From positions 3,707,967 through 3,771,966 of the forward strand of contig CBDEUD010000003.1 in NCBI GenBank assembly GCA_965243115.1: a stretch of 64,000 nt of DNA, written 5' to 3'. Of this stretch, positions 1 to 9,700 are shown one piece after another (positions within the stretch are counted from its first letter, which is position 1; each line of letters opens with the position of its first letter). A program made the position numbers and the translations under genes. The DNA comes from Gammaproteobacteria bacterium. Its GTDB lineage: Bacteria > Pseudomonadota > Gammaproteobacteria > Eutrophobiales > Eutrophobiaceae. The notes under the pieces were generated by a model. The model made no database searches. It was not told the DNA's origin and worked only from the letters and a program-made list of their open reading frames with translations.

Positions 1-37
1 TCGTAATTACAAACATAACCATGGGAAACAATGAAGT

Positions 38-3000
38 ATGAGTAGTTATTCTCCTGATTTGAACAAGACGGAAGCCGCCCCGGAACAATCCGGCCGGGAG
101 GCCGAGCACGAGATCACCCGGACTCTGGCAGGCCCGGGCAACCAGGCTGCCGCCAGCGGCGCAGACCCCGCCGGCGCCGGTAATCCCGCCGCGGCCCTGC
201 ACACGGTGAGCGCAGGGATTCGGTCGGGCATCTCACCCCTGCAATTCATGGACAGTATCGATGCGGGGGCACGGCAGATGGGCAACCGCGGCTTCATGCA
301 CTGGGTGGAGCAGTTGCATGGGGAAGGACAAGCGGGGGCAACCCATGAGATTGCGGCACAGGGACTGCAGGGCCCGGGGCGGCCGCTGACCCATCTCGAT
401 ACCCTGCAGCGAGCCTTCGGCCATCACGACATCCGGGGCATGCGCGAACACACCGGGCCGGTCGCGGGTACGGCGCTGGAGGCCCTGGATGCAGAGGGGT
501 ACACCCGCGGCGGGCGCATGGCGCTGGCCGGCACCCCGGACCTGTACACCCAGGCCCATGAGGCGGCGCACGGGGTGCAGCAGGCGGCGCTGGGGAACGG
601 AATGGCGTTACCGGGCGGCATCGGTGTGGCGGGGGACCGCTATGAGCGGCAGGCGGATGCGGTGGCAGAGGCGGTGCTGCGGGGAGCATCGGCGCAACCC
701 CTGCTGGACCGGGTGAGCGCAGGACCCGTACAGGTCAATGCCGCTGCCGTGAGCGCTGCCGCGCCGGTGCAGATGAGGAGAAGGAAGCAAAGGCGCGCGG
801 ATGCGCCCCGGCCGGGGAACGCGCCAGGCCAGGACCTGCCGGCAGCGGAACAGGAAGCCGTGGAGATGGCCGATGTCGCAGGACAACCGGAGGCGCAAGC
901 GCCTGCCGGCGGCGGCGTGGATCCCCAGGAACTCGCGGCGGCCCTGGAACAGGTGCAGCAGGCAGCCGGGGAAGCGGCCGATGTCGCCGCAGAACCGGCC
1001 CAGCAACAGGCTGCCGGAGGCAACGCGGCAAACCAGCAACCCGGGGACGGGGAACGCGATTACCTGGCAACGATTGCAAACTATTTATTCCCGGGGGCCC
1101 AACCAGCCGGGAACAATGATACGCGCGCAACGGGGGAAAGGTATTTCACCTACTTTTTCCCGGCGCTAACCTACCTGTACAGCTGTCTCAAGGAGCGCGC
1201 CGGACAGGTACAAACGGATGAGCATGGCGCATGCAGCCTGCGCGGGATACTGAACATGCTGGCAACCGTCATGTTCGGAGTCATGATGGTCGCCCCGGGT
1301 CTGCCCCTGGACGTCATCAACAATGTCCTCGGCGGCGTAGCCAAGGTCATCGTTATCATCAGCTCCATCCTGGGTCTGCCCGCAGACTGGTTGCTGAAGC
1401 TCTACCAGAAAAAGTATCCTCCGGAGCAGGAGGACATCGCCCGGGCCGAAGCCGATGACGCACTGATTTACCTGCCCAGGCACATCCCGGAATGGCTCAC
1501 CACCCTGGCCTCCTCCGCCTACTTTCAAGCTGCAATTTCACAGGGCAGCATCTCCCCTAGCCAGTGGCTCCAACCTTGGTCTCCCCTGCGTATTTCCATC
1601 ATCGTAGCCAGGTCGATTACGGACCTCGTATTAATCAATATGCTCTTTGGCGGGTTGACCGATTGGATTAGTAAAAATGTATTGAAGGAAAAGCTGGGTT
1701 GGGGTCCGACCCGTTCAACAGTGTACGTACTCTCGCTGGGCGCAACATTCGCCCCTGTGATTGACTACATTTCATCGTACCTGTTGAACCCCGAACTTTC
1801 GATTTACCTGGTGTATCAAAATATTCTTGAAGAAAACGATTATCGATCCAGCGGCGCGGCTACAGGTCTTTTCATCGGTTATGCCGCTCTGGGCATGCTC
1901 CTCCAGTACCTGGCCGGAATATTGCTTATGTTTTTCCTCTTATTCAGGATAGGTGCAGGAAATGATAAATGGCGCAAGCAGTTCTACACCATCTCCAACA
2001 GGCTGTTACGGTATATTGCCGTGTTCCTGGCATCAGCCCGTAATATGATTATCAATGTCCTGTCCCTGTCCAACTTTGCCGCACTGGTTGTTACGAATAT
2101 TATCGGGCCGCTTGCCAGGGAATTCGGACAGGGCGGAGCATGTCTCTGGCCGCTGGCCGCGGCAGATGTCTGCGGGGGACTGCCTGGTGATTTCGATTTC
2201 ATTGCGTTCGCTAAGGAGATAAATCAAGGCAAAGATAACCTGCCGCCCGAGCATCTCGACATAATACGGGCATTCCCCGGGCTGGTGGGTGTTCTCGGGC
2301 TTGGCATCCCCATTGCAACCGTAATTGCGCTGCTCTGCCGCAAGCGCTGGACCGGGCGCGGCGCGGCGGAACCCGACCGGGAAGCGGGAAGAGCGGGACG
2401 CCGGGACCGTGCGCGCGGAACCGGGCGCGGAACACCTGTGCCTGCTCCCCGCGGAAGAAGAGCGGCAGGCAGGGGTCGCGCCCGTCTGGTGGAAGAAGAT
2501 GCAGAGGCGGGCAGACGCGCCGATAAGGATGAGGGTCAAGCGACGCCCCGCATCTACGACAGAATCTCGTCGCTGTTCGGCACGATGCGCAGACAAAGGC
2601 GCCGCGGGCACCCACAGCCGCGCACGATGGTAAATACTGCTGCCTTGAATTTGCCCGAAGGACTGACACCGGGAGCGGCATGTTTGTGCCGATTATCTTT
2701 GGAAACATCCAATCCTGTTTCATTTATACAAGAGAGAATCAGACGCTATGTAGACTATGACGATATCACGCAGGAAGACTTAAGATTGATAATGGCCTGG
2801 GTGGAACAATACCTGTTGCCGGCAGCGGATGCCCCGGAACCCGGACAAACCGCAACGGCGGTTATAGAGTCACAGTACAGCCTGGCAACGGCGGTAACTG
2901 TTCAAGCCGGTGGAGAGTCCGCGCCGGCGGGCCTGACGGGGGAAGAAACCACGACAGATCACCGGGACAGTAACCTTCCGGAGGAGGAACAATTGGCTTT

Positions 3001-3538
3001 AGCTGAAACCAATATACCCCGGAGAATCAGTGTACCTGCCCGGTTTATGTGTTGGCAGGTAATACATATTGTGCCTCCGTCCCAGTTCACTCCTGATTAT
3101 GTGCAAAAGATCATCCAGCTCAATGCCGGCAGAGGCAATATCACGGAAGCGGAAGCAAGGCTGGCAAGCGTTTGGGCGAGACATTACCTGTTTCCGCAGG
3201 CGCCGGAACCGGGGCGCAGGAGTGGCACTGCGTCCAGTTCGGCCAGCTCGGGTTATATACATATGAGCGGGACGGCGCAGACAACCCACGCATCACCTAC
3301 CTGGACCGATTATGACCCGGCAACATCCGGGACCGGTTCCACCGCTTCGGCTACGTCGTTGCATGCGGCGTCACAAGCGGTGTACACGGATTTGTTGTCG
3401 ATGGCCGGCCAACTCACCGTAGAGGAAATGGAGCGGCGGCTCAGGGAGGAGATTGAGAAACGCAGGCTCACGGAAGAGGAAGCGGCAGAGATAAGAAGAC
3501 GGCTGGAGGATGTAGTGTTGTTTCCACGACAAAGTTAA
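38..3538 (+). CDS. DUF4157 (eCIS core domain)-containing putative effector with multi-pass membrane region and C-terminal helical repeats
   Basis: N-terminal 'MGNRGFMHWV' motif, then GRPL..LQRAFGHHDIRGMREHTG..AEGYTRG..AHEAAHGVQQ (HExxH), 'DRYERQADAVAEAV' and 'APVQM', the usual DUF4157 layout. About 7-8 hydrophobic helices at aa ~400-770. Confidence 0.8.
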   Translation: MSSYSPDLNKTEAAPEQSGREAEHEITRTLAGPGNQAAASGADPAGAGNPAAALHTVSAGIRSGISPLQFMDSIDAGARQMGNRGFMHWVEQLHGEGQAGATHEIAAQGLQGPGRPLTHLDTLQRAFGHHDIRGMREHTGPVAGTALEALDAEGYTRGGRMALAGTPDLYTQAHEAAHGVQQAALGNGMALPGGIGVAGDRYERQADAVAEAVLRGASAQPLLDRVSAGPVQVNAAAVSAAAPVQMRRRKQRRADAPRPGNAPGQDLPAAEQEAVEMADVAGQPEAQAPAGGGVDPQELAAALEQVQQAAGEAADVAAEPAQQQAAGGNAANQQPGDGERDYLATIANYLFPGAQPAGNNDTRATGERYFTYFFPALTYLYSCLKERAGQVQTDEHGACSLRGILNMLATVMFGVMMVAPGLPLDVINNVLGGVAKVIVIISSILGLPADWLLKLYQKKYPPEQEDIARAEADDALIYLPRHIPEWLTTLASSAYFQAAISQGSISPSQWLQPWSPLRISIIVARSITDLVLINMLFGGLTDWISKNVLKEKLGWGPTRSTVYVLSLGATFAPVIDYISSYLLNPELSIYLVYQNILEENDYRSSGAATGLFIGYAALGMLLQYLAGILLMFFLLFRIGAGNDKWRKQFYTISNRLLRYIAVFLASARNMIINVLSLSNFAALVVTNIIGPLAREFGQGGACLWPLAAADVCGGLPGDFDFIAFAKEINQGKDNLPPEHLDIIRAFPGLVGVLGLGIPIATVIALLCRKRWTGRGAAEPDREAGRAGRRDRARGTGRGTPVPAPRGRRAAGRGRARLVEEDAEAGRRADKDEGQATPRIYDRISSLFGTMRRQRRRGHPQPRTMVNTAALNLPEGLTPGAACLCRLSLETSNPVSFIQERIRRYVDYDDITQEDLRLIMAWVEQYLLPAADAPEPGQTATAVIESQYSLATAVTVQAGGESAPAGLTGEETTTDHRDSNLPEEEQLALAETNIPRRISVPARFMCWQVIHIVPPSQFTPDYVQKIIQLNAGRGNITEAEARLASVWARHYLFPQAPEPGRRSGTASSSASSGYIHMSGTAQTTHASPTWTDYDPATSGTGSTASATSLHAASQAVYTDLLSMAGQLTVEEMERRLREEIEKRRLTEEEAAEIRRRLEDVVLFPRQS

Positions 3539-3646
3539 AACGTGGGTGAATAACGACATGCGCCGCGGTTTCGGATCCATGTAGCGGCAATACCTTGTTC
3601 AAGGTAACCGGCCGGGATGGTATGCCCGCCCTGGTAAAAAAAGGCA

Positions 3647-3675
3647 TTGAAAGTTATAATGTAATCGATTACATT
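3647..3675 (+). promoter_or_regulatory. sigma70-type promoter for the giant surface-protein gene
   Basis: TTGAAA (3647-3652), 17 bp spacer, TACATT (3670-3675) in an AT-rich intergenic stretch. Alternative -10 boxes: TATAAT (3655) and TACAAT (3681). Confidence 0.55.
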
Positions 3676-3676
3676 A
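3657..3676. promoter_or_regulatory. Perfect 20-bp palindrome, LacI/GalR-family-like operator
   Basis: TAATGTAATCGATTACATTA is a perfect palindrome with the TGTAA-n-CG-n-TTACA central-CG form typical of LacI-family operators. It overlaps the promoter spacer and -10. Confidence 0.65.
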
Positions 3677-3741
3677 AGTATACAATTCAGATATTAGGCT
3701 AAGGGAAGAGTCTCTGGCAGGGGGAGCTGATTAGCCTGACA

Positions 3742-6700
3742 ATGGTCTGGAAACACAACTTTCAGAACTGCGATGTCCGCTCGTCGAGCCCGTTACGGGC
3801 GCGCAAACGGCTCAAGTCCGGCCGGGCGTTGAAACGCGCCTGCGCCAGGTATCCCAAAGTCCCGTCCCGGGAAGCTTTTCGCATCGTTGCAGCAACGGTT
3901 GCGCTGGTCCTCGGCCTGTTGAGCGCCCTACCGGTCCATGCTGCAACGGAATCGCGGGTAGTCTTCCATAACTGGGGTAGAGACGAAGTATCCAATTGGG
4001 TTCTTGTCGATGATTATGACGGTTCTGTCAGGATAGACAGTTCGAATCCCGGTATCGGCCAGGAGTTCACTACCGGTCCTGGTGATTTCGATCCTTATGT
4101 GGACGCATATCTGCTGACTCGCCTTTCGCTGTCGGTAAGGAACTTCAGCGGCAACGTAACCGGCATCCAGCTCGGGGGGGCTATCCATATCGTTAACGAC
4201 GACGGTACGCGTGGTGGGATAGTGCGGTACATGCAACACAGCGGAGTCCTTACAGTTAATGACGCTTTCATTTTTACCCCGTATGACGATCGGCCCATCC
4301 TGTTGCAGACGCATCAGCGCTACATGTTCGTATTGGAATGTCTTAACTGTGTTGAAGGCGATGAGCGTTGGGTAGCTTTCGATACGACACGCGATGACAT
4401 GGACAACGACCATAGACCGTCTACTAATTATGCGGCACTAGGCGATTGCACTAAGAATGGCTATGGGGCTGTATGCGACCTTTTTCCGCCGAATCACACT
4501 GGATGGGAAATCGGGGATTACCATGTAAGATCGGATGAAGGCTGGGTGCATACCAACGATAATGAGCATATACTGATCACGAGGGGAGATGCTATATGGC
4601 TCTACTACCCCGAGACTCCCATAAACCTCACCGAGCTCCCGTCCGGTAAGCCGGGCGAAGTCAACTTGGCCTGGGATTCGCCGGAGCGCCCGGAATACGA
4701 AATACCGGAAGCCTTTGATCCAGGTATATGCTGCTACGGACCGGTGCCACCGCCTCCGGGAATTGATCCGGAGATCACTCACCACGAGTACCGCTACAAG
4801 CTCACCGATGACCAGGCTTGGGGGGAATGGACGGAGATTCCCCACAGCGCTCCCGGAGATCATCATGCAAACCAAACCACGATTCCGGGACTGCGAAACG
4901 GCGTGCCCTACGACTTTCAGGTGCGGGCAGTGAATGAGGACGGGCCGAGCCCGCCCGACAGCGCCGTCGGCATGGCGGGCGGCGAGTTGGGCATCTGCCC
5001 CCGATCGCCCGCGGTGCGGGATGCGATTGTCGATAAGATCAGCGCCGTCGACGATTGTGCTGAGGTGACGGCGGATATGCTGGCGGGACGCGGCAATATT
5101 GTGGACGGCGAGCTGGTGGGCATCGAGCTGGGGGGGCCGGCGAGCCGTCTTGTGATCCGCGCTTCGGACTACGAATACAAATACGGCGATTTCTTCGGGC
5201 TGATGGGGCTGACGGCGCTCGAGTTGACCGGATCTCCACTCAGTGTCATTACGTGGGAGATGTTCAGGGATCTTACGTCGTTGACGACCCTGAATTTGTC
5301 TGACAACGAGATTTGCAAGATTGACGCCGGAGCCCTGAACCATCCCGTTGCGCTGGAGATTTTGTTTCTGAACGACAACCACCTGGGGGACATCTCTGCG
5401 TGCCCCGGCGTTGACGAACCCAGCATGCAGGGGCATGTTTTCAACTACCTGACGTCGCTGCAGGTGCTCAATCTGAACAATAACCGGCTTTCCGAACAGA
5501 GCTTTGATTACCTAGACAAGACATACGCCGAACTACCGACATTTCAGAAACTTACCGCGCTCCGGGAAATCCGGTTGCGAGGGAACGGCCTGGAAGACCA
5601 CCATCTGCAGAGAAGCTACGACACGGGGGGGAACTCGGTGAGCATCTTTACTGCGCATAATCCCGGTGGTAATGAACCTTCCGGTCTGCCGGATCTGCAA
5701 TTGATCGACTTGTCGAATAACCGGCTCACCACGCTGCCGGACAAAATCTTTTTCGGCCTCTCAAACCTGAGCGCGTTGCACCTGGATCGGAATGCGGCCG
5801 ATCCCATGATTATGACCGTTTCCCTGGCAACGGATGAACAGTCCCGCGTCAAGGCGATGATGCCGACCGGCGCGCCGTTTACCGTGATCCTGCCTGTTAA
5901 CGTGGCGGACGGTAGCATCGCGGACGGGGCGAACGCACTCGCGATTCCCACCGGCGCCGTGGAAAGCCAAGCTTTCCCGGTGATCTCGAACACCCGTACG
6001 GTTCAGGACCCTGCCGTCAGTATCGCATCGCTGCCAGCCTTGCCGGGGTCGCATACCGGTTACGAGTTACGGGATGCGGATGCCGATGAACAACCGCCGT
6101 TTGAGGCGGACTTGCCGGCGTTCAGCATCACCGCTGCTTATGGAAATGAGGGCGACGGGGAGGTCCCGGGGGAGTACGAATTGCCGTCCGGGGAGATCGA
6201 GTTCACGATTACCCTGAGCAGGGCGCTCACGGAGGGGGAGGGGGACGCAAGAGTGAGCTACGCCACTTCGGTGGAGAGCGGACAGACAGCCACCTCGGGC
6301 GAGGATTTCGCTATGACACGCGGCTCGAAATTGTTCGTTTCTGCTATCGAGGGGATCAGGGAGGGGACCACCAAGAGAACCTTTTCCGTCCGTCTTGTCG
6401 ATGATTACGTGACTGAAGGAGTTGAAACCTTCACGGTCACGCTGTCCGACCCTACTCCGAATGCGCGGCTCGACGAAAACAGGAAGTCCGCCGTCGGCTA
6501 TATCATAGAGGAGAGCGCCGTGCCCGTACTGATCATTGACGATGCCTCGGGCGATGAGGGTAGCGGGACGGTCGATTTCACAATCACGATGAGCAGACCG
6601 AGCTGGTACGACACGATGGTGCAATACTCCACTTCAGTGGAGAACGGGCAGACGGCGACCCCGGAAACGGATTTCACCACCGTCACCGGCGCTACGGCGA

Positions 6701-9700
6701 CGATCACGGCGCACACTACCACGACTACCGTTTCCATCCCCGTCGCCAACGATAATGAAGAAGAGCCCCAAGAAACCTTCACGGTCACGCTGTCCGAGCC
6801 GTCAACGGATACGTATTCCGCGCCGGAGCTCGGACCCGGACCCTTGCGCTCCGCCGTCGGCACCATCCTGGACGACGATGGCGTTGCGCCGAACTTCGTC
6901 TCGGCGGCAGTGGACGGAACAACGCTGGTGCTGACCTATGGCGAGGCGCTGGACGAGGATTCGACGCCGGACAAGCGCGCGTACACGGTACACGCGGACG
7001 GCGGCGCCGGATCCGCTCCCGCCGCCGTGGACATCAGCGGTTCCGAGGTCACGCTGACGCTGGCGACGGCGGTGAGGTTCGGCCAGGTGGTGACCCTGAG
7101 CTACGAAGTGCCGGCGGAGAATCCGGTGCAGGACGTCGCGGGGTACGATGCGGCAGGGTTGACCGACGAGCCGGTGGCCAACAACACGGTGGACACCGAG
7201 GCGCCGGTGGTTGACTTGGCGACGGTGGACGGGACCGCGCTCGTCATCACCTTTGACGAGGACCTGGACGAGGCGGCGACCCCGGCCAACAGCGCCTTCA
7301 CGGTGAAGGTGGGCGGCACGCCGGTGGACCTGAGCAGTACTACACCCCCTTCCATCAGCGGCGCCACGGTGACGCTGACGCTGGCAAGCGGGGTAGCGGA
7401 CGACGACACGGTGACGGTGAGCTACGTGAAGCCGGCGGACACCAACAATCTGCTGCAGGACGCCGCCGGCAACGAGACCGAGAGCTTCACCGACGAGCCG
7501 GTGACCAATAACACCGCGGACACCGAGGCGCCGGAGTTTGCGTCGGCGGTGGTGTACGGGACGACGCTCGACATCATCTTTACCGAGACCCTGGACGAGG
7601 CCGCGGCGCCGGACCTGGCCAACAGCGCCTTCAAGGTGAACAAGACCCCGTTCGGGGGCAGCGAGGAGCCGGTGACCCTGACCGGGACGCCGAGCATCAG
7701 CGGCGCCACGGTGACGCTGACGCTGGCAAGCACGGTGGCGGACGACGACAGGGTGACGGTGAGCTACGAGAAGCCGGTGACGGGCACCAACAACCGGCTG
7801 CAGGACGCCGCCGGCAACGAGACCGAGAGCTTCACCGACGAGCCGGTGACCATCGACAACACGCCCGCGGAAGGGCGGCCGGATATCTGCGGCAGTATGG
7901 AGGTCGGTCAGATACTGACGCCGGACCCCATCGGCGGCATGTGTGAAGCCGGTGAATTACTGACGCCGAACAACCAGCGTGACGAACACGGTAATCCACG
8001 ACCGCCGGAAGAGCATACGCCCAACGGCATCACGGATACGGACGGCAAGACAAACGCCGACAGCGGCATTGCGGGTTATGCCTACCGCTACCGCTGGATC
8101 CGGTTGGACGCCAACGGCAGAAGCAACCCGACCGTGGTTGCGGTCGACCAGGATACCTACACGCTGGTGGCGGCGGATGAAGGCAAGAGGTTCAGGGTGC
8201 AGGCGCGCTTCACCGACGACAAGGGCAATGCCGAGGGACCCTTGACGAGTTTTCCGACCCGTCATTCGCCCGACATGCCGGGCCTCGTCACGGGAGATGT
8301 GACCGCGCCGGAGCCCCTCTCGGCGGCGGTGACCGGCGCCGCGCTGGTCATCACCTTCGACGAGACCCTTGCGGCGGCGCCAAATCTGGCGAACAGCGCC
8401 TTCGCGGTGAAGAAGACTCCGGCCGGGGGCAGCGAGCAGACGGTGGACCTGAGCGGGACGCCGGGCACCAGCGGCGCCACGGTGACGCTGACCCTGGACG
8501 CGCCGGTGGCGGCTTCCGACACCGGCATCACGGTGAGCTACACCAAGCCAGCTACGGGCAGCGGCAACAAGCTGCAGGATGCGGCGGGCAACGAGGTAGA
8601 GGACTTCACCGACGAGCCGGTGACCAACAGCGCCGGCAACAATGCCGCGTCGGGCCAGCCGACAATCTCCGGCGCGCCAGAGGCCGGCCTGACGCTGACG
8701 GCCGGGATAGGCGACATCACGGACGGCGATGGGCTGCCCGGCGCCTTCCCGGACGACTACAGGTTGCAGTGGATCCGGGTGGATGCCGACGGTTCATCCA
8801 ATCCGATGCACGTGGGCTCGGACCAGGCGAGCTACACGCTGGTCGGGGACGACGTGGACAAGAGGATCAAACTGGAGGTGCGCTTCACGGACGCTCTCGG
8901 CAATGCCGAGGGGCCGCTGACCGGCGACCTCACCGATGCCATCGTAAGGCCGTCGTTGACGGCGCGCTTCGTTCCCCCGGAACAGACGGTCATCGAAGGG
9001 GAAAACGCAACGGTGACGCTGGAGATCGACGTGTCGCGGCAGCCTGACGGTATTGTCAATTACCGGGTGTTCGCCCATGAAGGTAACGCGATCCCGGTCG
9101 ATGACTACACCCCGGTGAGAGTGGTTCTGGAGGGGGTGCCGGTCGCGGACTTCACGAGGCAGAACGACGGCAGTTACCGATACGAGCGGACGTATGAGTT
9201 GAGCACGCTCAAGGATGCGTTGGTGGAAGGCGAAGAATACTTCTATTTCAACATAGAGCACCTCTCCGTGAGCGGCCACGGGTATTATTCAACCACGGTC
9301 GAGGGCGACGAAAAAGGCGCGCTGATCAAGATACAGGAGCTTGCGCCTGCGACGGGCCGGCCCGGCATCGAGGGGGCGCCGCACCTGGGCGAGACCCTGA
9401 CGGCGACCAAGGGCACGATTGACGACGGCAACGGAACAACCAGGGCCGACAACGGCGATGCGGGCTACGCCTATACCTACCAGTGGTACCGGGTCGATCC
9501 CGACGACAACTCCGCCCGGACCGAAATCAACGGCGCGACCTCGCAGACCTACACCCTGACCGATGACGAACAGGGTAAAAAGGTCATCGTTGACGTGAGC
9601 TTCAGGGACGATCTAGGTACCGACGAGGGGCCGTTGGCGAGTGAGGCCTACCCGGGGGGGGTGGGGAAAATCGGGGTCGGCAATGCGACAGGAGCTCCGA

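Noticed and set aside
773-2612. Arg clusters (MRRRKQRR, MRRQRRRG) resembling NLS or Tat-like peptides
   Set aside because: Arg runs are common in low-complexity regions of GC-rich genes; not enough evidence on their own.
4580-4592. RGD tripeptide in the adhesin tip
   Set aside because: A single RGD in 4120 aa is expected by chance; no structural support.
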